NCBI RefSeq assembly: GCF_004010195.1
Contig: NC_057751.1
Location: 18,477,185-18,524,052 of the forward strand
Direction: 5' to 3'
Origin: Chiloscyllium plagiosum
Taxonomy: Eukaryota
DNA length: 46,868 bases
Below the pieces are notes generated by a model. That model searched no databases. It saw only the letters and a list, made by a program, of their open reading frames with translations, and was not told where the DNA came from. Positions 24,896 to 37,842 of this stretch are shown here, piece after piece (positions within the stretch are counted from its first letter, which is position 1; each line of letters starts with the position of its first letter). The position numbers and the translations under genes were made by a program.

Positions 24896-25184
24896 TGTTT
24901 CATGGAAACTATTCGAATTCCTAACAGCCGTGAACAATTTTGGGTGTGCGACACGATAGGAACAAAAAATACAGATGAAACTCTCGTACACATAGCAACA
25001 AGGATAAATATATTGGAGAAATCGCACAGGCATATCAGCAACCTGCACACAGGCAGGAAAAACTATTAACTAAAGAAATCGCGGGTGGAAGGAAATAGGA
25101 AAGTTTCAGGCTGAAAGTAAGATTTATAATTAGAGTTGTAGCAGAAACTGGAAGGGAATAACGAGAGGCACAAAGTTTACTGAA

Positions 25185-25702
25185 GCCAAAAGGATGTAGA
25201 CGCTTTGGAGAAGGTGCAGAGAAAGTTTACGAGAATGTTACCTGTTATGGAAGGTGCTAGCTATGAAGAGAGGTTGAGTAGGTTAGGTTTATTTTCACTC
25301 GAATAAAAGGAGATTGTGGGGGTCCTGATTGAGGTTTACAAAATCATGAAGGGTATAGACAGGATGGATAGAAACACGCTTTTTCGCGGGCTGAAGGATT
25401 CAATAAAGAGAGGTCATGCTTTCAAGGTGAGAGGTGGAACGTTTAAGGGGGATACACGCGACAAGTACTTAACACAGAGGGTGATGGGCGTTTGAAACGC
25501 GTTGCCGGCAGAGGTGGTAGAGGCAGGCACCGTAGATTCACTTAAGATGTGTCTGGACAGATGCATGAGTAGGTGGGGAGCAGAGGGATACAAATGCTTA
25601 GGAATTGACCGACAGGTTTAGACAGTACATTTGGATCGGTTCAGACTTGGAGGGCAGAAGGGCCTGTTCCTGGCCTGTAAATTTTCTTTGTTCTTTGTTC
25701 TA
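25185..25702 (+). mobile_element. CR1 3' end
   Basis: ttggagaaggtgcagaga...gaggtttacaaaatcatgaaggg...gaagggcctgttcctggcctgtaa...ttctttgttct tail. Confidence 0.85.
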
Positions 25703-25984
25703 TTATTTGAACTGCAGAAAAGATACGATATGGGGACATTCAAGCAGTTCACAATTAAGAGAAATAATAAGACAGCGTTGAAATCATATATTGATGCACA
25801 GAAATGGATGACCGAGAAAGGAACAGAAAGGTGACAGAGTAAATTAGAATGATAACTCCTCCACAAGATAACGAGGGAATGGATGTACAGAATGCATGCT
25901 CCTTCGTGACTTTCATCTCCTCTATCCAGTTGTATAATTTTGATTTTTCACTGTGATTTTCCTTGGGTTAATCTACTTATCCTA

Positions 25985-26480
25985 ACTGAGGCGCGCGTTT
26001 CTACAGCAGCGCCGAAAAGGTCTTGGAAAAGACCAGGCCAGCCCGAGCATCACAAGCCCAAAGAGGTGGTGCGAGAGACCCTTGGTGTGGATGGCCATTA
26101 TATGGAGCATCGGTGACAGCAGGAATGGTCGGCGGCGAGAGTAGGACCAGGCCGCCTCCAGCAACAGCGGGAGCAGGAACAGGTTGTCAGAGTGGTGGGG
26201 CCAAGGTTGAGACTGGAAGGGTTGGGGAGGGGGAACGGAAGCAAACCGATCATGACGAGACGCTTATGGACTACGCTGCTAAACATTTAACTATGTATCT
26301 TTGTTTTTCAACATTTTAGAGAAAAAAACCGATTACTTTTGTTTTACTTTGTTTCTTTAGTTATTTTATTTGTTCGTAAGATTCTGTGCCTCTGCATCTT
26401 TTTACCTATGAAAGCGCCAAAAGTGGCGACCTGTAAAACATTTAGAGTACTCACCTGTTTGCATATAACATTAAAACTGA
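25985..26480 (+). mobile_element. Unclassified GC-rich interspersed repeat, possibly a SINE with a Rex1/Babar-like tail
   Basis: Abrupt GC-rich block followed by a T-rich segment and ggcgacctgtaaaac...gtactcacctgtttgcatataacattaaa. Confidence 0.35.
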
Positions 26481-26899
26481 AACTAATTCTATTTTTGTAA
26501 GTATGCCTCAGTTGTATATTTCCTAAACATGAACAGAAACGCTGCCCTTGAAAGTATGTTAAAAATGAAAGGAAGTCTATGTGTCTGAGCGAAAGGAAAC
26601 CATTAAGTCATTCGAGTCCGCTCCAGCAATCATGATAATCATGGCTCATCCTATCTTCGTTAATTCTACATCTCTGCTTGTTGCAGCTGCTGAAGTCAAG
26701 TTTCCTCCTGACATTTTAGGCATGAACATGAAGAACAACGGTAAGAATGGTGGTAATACAGGTTTCTTACAGAGAGTATTGGGGCTTCTTTTGGAAATGA
26801 CACATTTCACGTGAAACACAAGAAACTGGAAGGGTTTATGAGAGAACTTTCAAGGATCGCAAACCCAACATTTTCCTTTTGTCCAAGCTCAGGTAATGA

Positions 26900-27990
26900 T
26901 GTGCTTCAGGAAATGGGATGAATTGTGTGAAGACTTGCAAGTAGAGTAAACCTAATGTAAAACTGAAGGGTGAGTTTGCGTGTTGTACAGGCTATTACAA
27001 ATACGTTTAATACAGACCGCTTAAGATACATGCACAGATATATTCAATGAATATTAACAGGAGAAAATTAAAAGAAAAATAAAGTCTGAAAATTCAACAA
27101 CTTGAGCAGGGAAAGACAAATATTTCTCATACAGTTGTGAAAGGACAGTACTGTCAATAGTTAGTGGCTCTAAGTTTTAAAGAATCGTTGTATCCAATGA
27201 GCAATATTAATTCTACTAAAAGAAATACTCACAATTATTGCATACCCTTTTTTTTTAATCCTGTGGATTCTGTCATCTACGTGGTGTGGGAATTATAACC
27301 CTTTATTAGAAGAGTCGATGCAGAGAAAAATGAAGAAATGATAGAGCAGCTATCATGACAGAAGTGTGATATGGGAAATGTGTCCATACACTGAAAAAAT
27401 AGTAAAAGGGCATGCTGCAAATTGTAACAAACTTCCGTCCAGTAGTGGCAGTTTGAAGAAATTACAATAGGAAATTATAGATACTTCAGAGTTTTGATAT
27501 TTCTACGTTGATATTTCAACAGGCCGGGCAATGGAATACCAAACCAATCGAGGTAACATATTATGGCTATGAAAACATTTAGTGAATAGTGCACATCAAC
27601 TTACTGAACATGAATACACTTCATTACTGAGGTATTATATTATCAACGATTATGGGTGGATTTCCAGACGATAAACAGGGTTTAGGAAAAAAAAGGCCAA
27701 TTCAAGCATGACAGCAAACATTTAACGTTGTGTCACAAGCTCGGGGAATTTTTACTTTAATACTTTAACTCTGTAACGATTACGGAGATTGGACTTCCTA
27801 CTGGACATTTTTCAAGTTCTACATATTAAATCAAGTGTATGTATAAGTCTTTGTTAAGGCAGTTGGCATATTTGCCTATATTAGCCATGGCACAGAATTT
27901 AAGAGCAGGGAGGTAATGTAAGGACTTATAAAAATGTTCTTAGACCACAGCTAGAATTTCATACGCACTTCTCGATTCCAAATTATAGGG
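26900..27990 (+). mobile_element. Very old CR1 ORF2 remnant
   Basis: Scattered CR1 motifs (gaatttaagagcagggaggtaatg...agaccacagctaga). Confidence 0.5.
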
Positions 27991-28172
27991 TCATCAGACC
28001 ATATATTTAGCAGCAGACTTAACCCATTTTTCTGCTCGGACATTGGCAACATTGATTGCTTTTGAAAAATTGCATTCTCCGGCGTTACCCCCTTTGTGGA
28101 GGAGCACTGGAATGCTCCACAGGAGTTTAACCAACATGTTGTCGCTCCTATAATGGTCTGTAGTGGACCAGA

Positions 28173-28275
28173 CTAAGGTGTAGTGTTCTGAAAGCTTCTG
28201 ATTTCAAATGAACCTGTCGGAAAATAATCTGCAACTTCTGACCTTGTCCATCACAGTCCAATGCCGGCATCTCCC
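28173..28275. mobile_element. Penelope family B terminus
   Basis: gaaagcttctgatttcaaatgaacctgtcgga...gaccttgtcc...agtccaatgccggcatctcc; reverse-complement relative of 6642-6757. Confidence 0.55.
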
Positions 28276-28304
28276 TAACACAAATAACATATATGAACAA
28301 ACAC

Positions 28305-29275
28305 TGGTTCATCACAGAACAGTCCAGCACAGGAACGGTGCCTTTAGCAACGAGGCTGTGCTGAACATGATGTAAACTGAACCTAATCCCGTCTGTCTGC
28401 GCTTGGTCTACATTTCTCCAAACCTTGCATATTCATGTACTTATCTCAATGTCTTTTAAATTCCCTTACTGTACCTCCCTCCACCACCACTCTGGTACTG
28501 AGTTCCACACTCCAAACACTATCAGTGCAAAATAAACTTACACTGCACTTTTCCTTTAAACTTTCTCCATCTCACCTTAAATATATGCCCCGAATACAAC
28601 AATTTTGAAATCTGGGAATAGAATTCTGTCTATTAACCCTATCAGTGCATCTCATAATTTGATAGATGTCTATCAAGTGTTAGTTTGCTCGCTGTGCTTG
28701 GACGTTCATTTCCAGGTTGAACCTCCACGCACAGCGAGCAAACTTACATCCAACACCTCAACCTGAGCTACAAATCTTCTCAAAATTCTATCAAATCTGC
28801 CACTGCCTTCACGGCTTAAGAGGAAACACCCAAGTTTTTGCAGCCTTTCTTTTCAGCTCATACCTTCTAATCCAGGCAGCATTCTGGTAAACCTCCTTTG
28901 CACAATCTCCAAGCATCCAATATGCTTCCTGTGATGTGATATGCAGAAAGATTGAATGCAATACACTAACTGTGGTCTAACCAAAGTCTTAAAGGCTCCA
29001 GCATAACATTACGATTCTTGTACTTAATTCCAAGACCAAGAAAGGCAAGCATGCGATACACCTTCCTAACCACCCTGTCTACTTACGTGGCTACGTTCAG
29101 GAAACTATGGACTTAAACACCGAAATCCTTTTGCATATTAATTCAGTTCAGAATCCTGCCATGAACAGTGTACTTATCTTTAGCATTTGATCTCCCAAGG
29201 TGCAGCACGTCACACTTACCCGGATTAAACTCTGCCTGATGTTTCTCTGTACATATCTACATCGAATCTATAACA
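28305..29275 (-). mobile_element. CR1 3' region with a nested family C Penelope remnant (28677-28785)
   Basis: Reverse-strand CR1 motifs. Insert gtttgctcgctg...cagcgagcaaac...ctcaacctgagctacaaa matches 7315-7599. Confidence 0.75.
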
Positions 29276-29385
29276 CACTATTTGGCCACAATTGCAATTT
29301 TGCGTTCAGTTCTGTTCAACAAAGTTCAAAAAGCATATAGATGCCTTGGAGAGGGTAAAGAGAAGGTTTACCAGGATGTTGTCTG

Positions 29386-29706
29386 ATTAGATTAGATTAG
29401 ATTACTTTACAGTGTGGAAACAGGCCCTTCGGCCCAACAAGTCCACACCGACCCGCCGAAGCGTAACCCATCCCTACCCCTACCCCTACATTTACCCCTT
29501 ACCTAACATTACGGACAATTTAGCATGGCCAATTCACCTGACCTGCACATCTTTGGACTGTGGGAGGAAACCGGAGCACCCGGAGGAAACCCACGCAGAC
29601 ACGGGGAGAATGTGCAAACTCTACACAGTCAGTTGCCTGAGGCGGGAATTGAACCCGGGTCTCTGGCGCTGCGAGGCAGTAGTGCTAACCACTGTGCCAC
29701 CGTGCC
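29386..29706 (-). mobile_element. HE1 SINE with a 5-bp TSD (gtctg)
   Basis: Full reverse-complement SINE; gtctg at 29381-29385 and 29707-29711. Confidence 0.92.
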
Positions 29707-29900
29707 GTCTGGTATGGAAGAGTTTGACCATTGTGACAGATTGGATATACTGTCCGTTTTATTGGAATTCAGGAGGTTGAAGGCCGACCTCATAGAAGTT
29801 GAGAAGGTTATGAATGGCATGGATACAATGGAAATCATGGGATCTTTTGGCAGGGCGGAAGGGTCAATTACTCGTGGAGACAGCTTTGATGGGCGGGGGA

Positions 29901-30168
29901 GTCTGGGTCTTGGTCAGAAGCGTAAATGAGATGTGCGAGGCACATTTTCACAGAGTGGCTAGTGCCTGGAACGCACTTCCAGAGGAGGTGGGGAATCAGC
30001 CACTATGGACAAAGACGTGAATGGAAGAGAGTGTCGTCTGGGTCTTGGTCAGAAGCGTAAATGAGATGTGCGAGGCACATTTTCAGAGTGGCTAGTGCCT
30101 GGAACGCACTTCCAGAGGAGGTGGGGAATCAGCCACTATGGACGAAGACGTGAATGGAAGAGAGTGTC
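29901..30168. repeat. Tandem duplication, 135 + 133 bp
   Basis: 29901-30035 and 30036-30168 differ by a 2-bp indel and one substitution. Confidence 0.95.
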
Positions 30169-30309
30169 AGGATAACGGATCTTGAAAATATAGACTGTTT
30201 TTGTATGGAAGTGAAAAATGTGTCAGTGATGGCTTGGAGGTTCAAAGTAATGGTTCCTGTGCTGTACTTTCTTTCTTCTTTGTAATAAATCTACAATGAC
30301 CCAAATAAG

Positions 30310-30890
30310 TGCACCAAGGACAAGGGTACTTATGCGGTGAGATAGTGAGTGAATCTTCTTTGACACTGTCCTCATCAAACTTTCCAGATCAGTATCAACG
30401 TCACATTAAAAACAGATTATATTTTCTTGACACTCACTTCATCAAATACTATTACGATACAGTGGGTTGGATACAATGTATATTACCTCTACAATGTCCT
30501 CAACGAACACTCCAATTACAGGGACAGATGTAGTTGGTATAGATAAAAGCAGTCTCATCGCCGTCCCTATCAAATACAACCAGTAGTGGATAGCACAGGG
30601 TTCGATGGACAGTAAACTTGTCTCCATGCTGATGCATTCAACCAACTGAGTACAGGGACAACACGATATTAGAAACAGAGAAAATCTCCCTCTGCACTGT
30701 CCCCATTGAAGACTGCCATTAATGGGACAGCACGGCTAAAACTGCTTCAATAATCTCCTCATCACATTCACCGAGTATAGGCAGAGTAGGAGATTACAAG
30801 CAGTGTACAATTTGGTCTACAGTGTCCTCAGTAAACATTCCCAGGATTCATGAAATGCCAGGTTAGAACCAGATAAAAGCACTTTCCAAA
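30310..30890. repeat. Decayed minisatellite, unit about 60-67 bp, about 9 copies
   Basis: Recurring ctctacactgtcc(c/t)catcaaacactccca...acagggacagcacgg...ttagatacagagtaaa variants. Confidence 0.7.
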
Positions 30891-31039
30891 ACACAACTCT
30901 TCTCGGCCTCCATTTTTGCAGCAACAGCTGTAGTGGTCAGACTGAGAAACGGGGACTGCCTTTCACAACTTATCTCGTGAATAGGCAGAGTGAACTAATC
31001 TCGGCCCTATCCCCTCCCCGATTATTATCTTAATCCTCA

Positions 31040-31750
31040 TGCAAGTGCAGAACCCTTTGATTTTTCTTTCCCTAATTCTTCCCATCAAGGCGTATTCATG
31101 TCCGCTCCTTGCTCTCCTCTGTCCATTTTTGAGTTCTTTATTAATTAAACTGTAATCCTCTAATGCTGTGCCAAATCTTTGCTCCCTGAACGTTAAGTAA
31201 GCTTTCCTCTTCCTCTTGACGAGAAGGTATTCTTATTTTATCATTCAATGCTCCTTCACCCTACGATTCCTTGCCTGTCTCAGTGAGACAAAGTTATACA
31301 ACATTCGCAATGAGCGCTCCTTAAACAGACTCCATATTTCTGTTGTGCATTTCCCGTAGAATAGTTGCCCCAAGTTTACACTCCACAGTTCCTGTCGGAT
31401 GTCAGTATAATTGCATTCCTCCAGTTAAATAACTTCCCATACTGTCTGTTTCTATTCCTCTCCTTGGCTATGGTCAAGGTTAGGCAGTTGCGGTCACTTT
31501 CACTGAACTGTCTCCCCTGAAGTGATCTGGCAACTAGCTTGGCTCGTTGTCTTGCACAAAATTCAAAATGGCCTCCCCCGAGTCGGCCTATCGACATAGT
31601 GAGTCCAGAATCCTTCCTGCCACACCTGACAAAATCGGCCCCGTCCAGACCATTTGAATGAAGGATGTTCCAAATAATTTTGGGTAAGATAAAGACATCC
31701 AGAACAACAACTCTGTTACATCGGCAGCTTTCCAATATCTGTTTTTCGAC
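31040..31750 (-). mobile_element. CR1 endonuclease-region fragment
   Basis: RVVVLDVFILPKIIWN...GLDGADFVRC...GRQFSESD.N matches the CR1 APE domain. Confidence 0.75.
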
Positions 31751-31929
31751 CGAGCACGAGTACGCTTTGTTGGGAATGATTGGTGAAAGTTCTGCACTTG
31801 CATGAGGAAGAGAAAATGATCAGAGAGAGGGTAGGGTCGGTCAGGCATAGTGGAGGGAACCTGCCCCTGCAGACTGAAGAGTTAGGTGAGGCAATAAGTG
31901 AGGATTTTTTCCTTCTGTCTTTACTAGAG

Positions 31930-33885
31930 CGAGGGAGTTTTTGATAGCAAGCACACAGTGGAACATGTTAGTATGCTTGGACAGACTGATATTAAAAACG
32001 TGGATGTGGTGGAAATTCTGGGAAGCTGAATATAGATAAGTAAACTGCAACAGAACAATATATCCAATGTGACTTCAGGAAGTGAGGAACGGGATTGCCT
32101 TTTGACTCCTCAGTCTCCACGGGAGATGATTAGATTACTTACACTGTGGAAACAGGCCCTGCAGCACAACAAGTCCACACCAACCCGCCGAAGCACAACC
32201 CACCGAGACCCATTCCCCTACATTTACCACTTCACCTAACACTACGGGCAATTAAGCATGACCAATTCACATAACCTGCACATCTTTGGACTGTGGGAGG
32301 AAACCGGAGCTCCCGGAGGAAACCCACGCAGACACGGGGAGAATGTGTAAACTCCACACAGTCAGTCGCCTGAGGCGGGAATTAAACCCGGGTCTCTGGC
32401 GCTGTGAGGTAGCAGTGCTAACCACTGTGCCACTGTGCCGCCCACAAAGTAGCAGATGATTAGAAAGAGGCGAATTTGTTCTGGAAAAGGACTAAGGAAA
32501 TTCGTGGAAATTACAGGCCATTCAAACTTACGTTTGTGGAAAGCAAAATTCTGGAAAAGATTTTGAAAGAACGGATTTTTATGACTAATTGGAAAGGCAA
32601 AGTTTGATTAAAGATAGTCAGCATGGTTTTGTGAGTGGGAGGTAATGCCTCAGGAGCTGTTCTGAGTTATTTGCGGATGTTACAAGACAACTTGATCAAG
32701 GTCGAGCAGTGAATATGGTATATTTGCATTTTAATAAGGTATTTGAAAAGGTTCCCCATGGAAGACTCATCCAGACGGTTAGGAGATATGGGATACAGGG
32801 ACATTTGGCTGTCTGCATACAGAATTGGCTGGCGTAATGAAGACTGCGCACGCTGTTGCATGGGAAGTATTCTGCCTGGACTTCGGTGACCAGTGGTGTT
32901 CAGTAGCGAGGTGTTCTCGTCGTCTGTTCTTTCCAAATTTTATAATTGACTTGGTTGGAAACGTGGAAGGTTGGGCTAGAACCAAAACAGAAAATGCTGG
33001 AAAATCTCGCAGGTCTGGCAGCATCTGTAAGCACAGAGTCCAACTGACCCTTTGTCAAAGGTTAGGCTAGTACATTTGCTGATGATGTAAAGGTCGGCAG
33101 TGTTGTAGATAGTGTCGAGGGCTGTTGCTGGCTACAACAATACTTTGAGAGGATGCAGAGCTGTGCTGTGAACTGCCTGATGGAGTTCAACTCGGATAAA
33201 TGCGATGTGATTCATTTTGGGAGGTTAAATTTGAATGCTGAATACAAGGATAAAGACAGGGTTCTTGGCAGTGTGGAGGAATCTCTTAAGGTTGCCATCC
33301 AATTTGACAGAGTTGTTAAGAGGTGGAAGATATTTTGACTGCCATTAACAGGGAGATTGAGTTTAAAGGACATGAGGTTTTGCTGCAGCTTTATAAAATC
33401 CTGGTTAGAGCAAATTTGGAGCATTGTGTCTAGTTCAGGTCGCCTCATTACAGGAGGAATGTCTATGCTTTAGATAGGGTGCAGAGGAGATTTATCAGGA
33501 TGCCGCCTGCTTTGGAGGGTTTCAATTCCGAAGAGAGATTGTGTGAACTAGGGTTTTCACCCTGGATGGAAGACGGAAGAGCGTTGACTTGATAGAGGTG
33601 TACAATGTAATGAGAGTCAGAAGCGATTGCCAGAGACTTTTCACCAGGGCAAAAAGGACTGTCACGATAGCTCATAATATTAAGATGATTTGAGGAATTT
33701 ATAGAGAGGTGATAGAGGCAGGTTCTTTCTGCAGAGTGGCCAGTGCTTGGAAGAGTCGGAGGCTTTTGGAATATGGACGGCAGCAATTTGAGGGGCATGT
33801 CGGTTAGATTGAGCCCAGATTAAGACAAATGCTCAATAAAACATCGTGGCCCAAAGGACCTGTACTGTGCTGTATTTTTTTTTTA
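31930..33885 (+). mobile_element. CR1 ORF2 (RT) to 3' end, with nested HE1 and Penelope fragment (32980-33060)
   Basis: ggaaattacaggcca, agtcagcatggttttgtg, tttgctgatgatgtaaagg, MEFNSDKCDVIHFGR, 3' tail. Confidence 0.85.
32128..32445 (-). mobile_element. HE1 SINE
   Basis: Full reverse-complement SINE; agatgattaga occurs on both sides. Confidence 0.92.
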
Positions 33886-34004
33886 TGATTGGTATGACCC
33901 TATGAAGCACCGAAGTTCGGAGGGAGCTTGGTGTGGATGTCCACCAGTGGCTTCTGGTAGTCTCACAAGGAGACAAAATGATTTACCTGGCATATGGGAT
34001 GTAA

Positions 34005-34870
34005 CATTTAAAATAGTGCATCAGAGCGCAGTGCAGGCCCTCCCACTCTCGATGTAGTGCCTCCCTGTGAAACCAAGCTGAAGCCCATCTAACTGACACT
34101 ACTCTATTCTCATCCATACGCATATCCAATGGACATTTAAATGCCCGTAGATTTGGTGAGTCTACAATTGTTGCAGGCAGTGTGTTCCATGCCCCTATGT
34201 CTCTCTGAGTAAAGACACTGTCTCCAACATCTGTCCTACATTTATCTCCCCTCAATCTGAAGCTATGCCCCCTCGTACTATCCACTACTGTCCTAGGAAA
34301 AGGTCTCTCATTGTTCACCTGATCTAAATCTCTGATCATCTTCCACTTCTCAGTTAAGTCACAATTCAACGTTCTTCTATCCGACAAAAACAGCCTCAAG
34401 TCTCTCAACCTTCCCTCCATACCAGGCAACTATGGTAAGTCTTCTCTGGACTTTTTCCAAAGCTTCCACATTCTTCCTATAATGCAGTGACCAGAACTGC
34501 ATGCAATACTCCGCGTGCGGCTGCAAAAAACGTTTGTACAGCTGCAGAATGAAACCTCATCCATCTACTATTAAAAGCTAACATACCATATGCCTTCTTA
34601 ACATCAACCTGTTTGGCAACTTTGAGGGATCAATGTACATGGATCTCTCTGCTCATCTACACTACCAAGAATCTTGTCATTCGCCCAGTACTTTGCATTC
34701 CTGTTACTGCTTAAAAAGTAAATCAACTCACACTTTTCTGCATAAAATCCATTTTCCATCTTTCAGCCCAGCTCTGCAACTTATCGCTGTCCCTTTTGTA
34801 ACCTACAACATCTTTCTGCACTATCTACAACTGTACCGAACTTAGTATCATCTGCAAATTTACTAATCAT
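34005..34870 (-). mobile_element. CR1 RT C-terminus and 3' end
   Basis: GRLRDLRLFLSDRR...TRGHSFRLRG...FTQR.IGAWNTLP; atcatctgcaaattt is the reverse of KFADD. Confidence 0.85.
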
Positions 34871-35049
34871 TTATTAGCCAAGACATCGCATTTCGCAGTG
34901 GGAACGCTTTGTTGAGCTTTGTATGAAACATTGCTTAGAAGACAAATCTAGAGTGTTACGTGCATTTCTGGAATCTATATTCTGGAGGAATGCGAGGAAG
35001 CGATGTGGGTGTGTGCTCAGGAGAATTACAATGATAGTTTGATTGAATG

Positions 35050-36175
35050 AATGGTCGATTTATAGTTATTATATTACCAAGATAGATTGAAAAGTGTTGT
35101 TCAGCTTGCTATGCAAGGAGATCATAGCATGCAAAATGCTTCACAATAGCAGGACAGAGTGCAGAATGCCATGTTATCATCACATAGAATGTGCAGAGAC
35201 AGATGGGAAAACATAAAAACGTTGCAGAAGTTCCACTAAAAGTCCGATAACAGCTGTGAAGAATCAATTCTTGAATCGATTCGTACATGTGTACAAACGT
35301 TTGTATCTTCTGCCTAACAGAAGAGGGTGGAAGAGAACAGATCGGGGAGGGCGGGGATTATAATTAATTTGGAGGAATTAAGGACCGCAGTTGCTGACTA
35401 TCAGAGTCGAGAATGTGGTGCTGGAAGAGGACAACGGGTCAGGCAGCATCTGAGGAGTTGGAGAGTCGACATTTCGGACACTCACCCTTCATCAGGAATG
35501 ACATTCAAGGACTTATGCCCGAAACGTCGTTTCTCCCGCTCCTCCAATGCTGCCTGATCTGCGATGCTTTGTCCAGCACCATAGTCTCGATATTTAATTA
35601 AATTGTTTTCTTTCCGGATGTAGCAGGAAGTATGAATGGGTTCAACAGGCAGAAGGCTGTTTTCCTGATGACCTGGACTCTGTTCATGTCTGCCTGCAAT
35701 TTAGTGCGATGTTGAGCAGACAGACTGGTTTCTTTACTGAATTTAGATAAATTCGTAAGAATCGTTGTGGACATGCCAAATTTCTTAGTCTCCAGGGAAA
35801 GTAGAGACGTTGCTATTCTTTCGAGCTTTGCTTTGACATGCTTGCACCAGGACGATTATTACTCCCAAGCTCTTGACCCATCGACCATCCCCAGCTCAGC
35901 ACCATATGTGACAACACTGGCGCTCTTCACTCTACTTCCTGAAGTCAGTCACCAGATCCTTCCCTTTGCTGATACTGATGGAGAAAATGCTGGCTTTGCA
36001 CTATGCTGCTAAGCACTCAATCATTTTTTCTGCATTCCGTCTCGTCTTTTTTTTGCTATCATCAGCAAACTGGTAAATGAAGTTAGAGCAGACACTGACC
36101 ACACATTTGAGAGTGCAGAAGAAGTATTCTTTGAGGGCGAGTTCGCAACGTTGCAGGGCATGGCTGTTAATATTA
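35050..36175 (-). mobile_element. Rex1/Babar-clade LINE 3' part
   Basis: Reverse strand SNFIYQFADD and LFHPLL.GRRYKRL..CTNRFKN.FF.AVI. Confidence 0.65.
35375..35592. mobile_element. Family A Penelope palindrome nested in the Rex1 fragment
   Basis: tcgagaatgtggtgctgga...caggcagcat...cccttcatcagga mirrored by cttatgcccgaaacgtcg...atgctgcctga...tccagcaccatagtctcga. Confidence 0.75.
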
Positions 36176-36214
36176 ATTGCGGAGGCAGTGTATTTGCATC
36201 TTCTTCCGGATTGT

Positions 36215-36810
36215 GGATTTATAGATCCAACAGCGATCACACAGGCCCTTTGGTCGAAACTGGTATTTGCCAACCAAAATGTCCACCTATGCAAACCGAA
36301 TTTCCTTACACTTATCTCATATCCTTCTAAACCTTTCTTTTTCATGCATTTGTCCAAATCCCTTTTAAAAGTTCTTTGTGTACCAGTCAACAACTTGCGC
36401 TGGCAGTTCATTCCATATGGGTACCACTCCTTGTGTAAAACCGTTTCCAATCAGGTTCACTTTTACTATTTCCCATCTAACCTTAAACTAATGTCCTGTA
36501 GTCCTTGATTCCCCAAACCTGGGGAAAAGACTGAGTGCATTCATCCTATCCATGCCTTTTATGATCTTATATACCTCTATAAGATTTCCTACGCTCTGAA
36601 GAAATAAGTCCTAACTTGTCCTAACTGTCCCTATAAGTCAGACTACTGAGACAAGATAACGTCCTTGGAAATTTGTTCTTCAGGATTTCCAGTTTAGGAA
36701 CTTCCTTCTTATAACAAGGTGATCAAAAATGAATGCAATACACCATTCAGCCTGACCAAATCCCTGCACAACTGCAACAAAACTTCTGAACTTTGACACT
36801 CAATGCCCAA
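36215..36810 (-). mobile_element. CR1 3' end
   Basis: acaggccctttggtc tail; reverse-strand WNELPAQVV-type motif. Confidence 0.75.
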
Positions 36811-36814
36811 AGAA

Positions 36815-37125
36815 AAGAATGTTTCCCCTTGATAGAGGAATTTGATAAGGTGGGTTGGGAGTGGCTTTAAGGAAAGGGATTGGCATTTTCACGGGACTGG
36901 GGAAAATGTTTCCGTTCAGTAGGAATTAGAAACTCAGTGACTGGCAGGGTGGATGAGGCAACATCCCTAAACACATTGAGGAAATATATAGATATACACT
37001 TGCGAAGCCAAGGCAATGGGCAAGGTTTTCCGAATGGAATTAGAAAAGTAAGGTGGTTGTTATTGTTTTGCACAGTCTAATAGGCTGAATGGATTAGTTA
37101 CTGTTTTACCGTGTTGTGGAGCTCT
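36815..37125 (+). mobile_element. CR1 3' end, degraded
   Basis: gaatgtttccccttgatagagg...taataggctgaatgg. Confidence 0.55.
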
Positions 37126-37842
37126 GTATCCAAAATACTTTCTCTGTCCACCTTTTGCAAGGACTTTCAAGTCTCCTCCGGCAGAGGGCGTGGTTATTTG
37201 CTGATGAAGTCAATCTCACGAAATGGATTGAAACTTGGGAAGTCTTCATCTCGTGAGATCATCTCTAATATGTACTTGAATTCGATTTTCAAGCGCCTTT
37301 ACAGATCCGGTGGCACTAGCACCACCCTCCCCCACCAAAGCATGCCATCACCAGCCCAACCCACTCCTCCCGTCTACCCCTTGTCTTCTGATCACATTCT
37401 CGAGATCGCAAAACACTTCGGATTCATCTTCATCGCTAACCAGCAGACGACAAAATGTTAGATGCAGACCCAGCGAGTCTGCTTCATCATCGAAAGGATA
37501 ATTTGACAAAGCTCAACTCACTCAACTCACTGTTTAGTCTGTACTTCTTTATTCCATTTCTGATTTGAAATAACTATCTGTATTACCCTTGAAATTGCTC
37601 CATGAACAACCTAAACTGCTCTGTACAGTAAAGACTTTCACAAATTCATTAACCTCTGAGCAACGAAATTCGTCTTCATCTCTATCTTAGAATTTGCTCA
37701 CTGCTCATCGACCTTCCATCAAGGGGAAGCAATCACTCTTTATTTTGTATGTCATACTCCCTTGTGAGAACCTCAATATTATTCTCTGTTAGTTTTCTAC
37801 ATTCCAATGACTGCACACACAAACTTTCCAAGGTATCCTCAT

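Larger units (their letters stand above)
29276..30285 (+). mobile_element. CR1 3' end interrupted by an HE1 SINE and containing a 135-bp tandem duplication
   Basis: ttggagagggtaaagagaaggtttaccaggatg; RRLKADLIEV.KVMNG; AWNALPEEV. Confidence 0.8.

Noticed and set aside
30310..30890. CRISPR-like array
   Set aside because: Eukaryotic context; whole units are homologous and degenerate, with no unique spacers and no cas genes.
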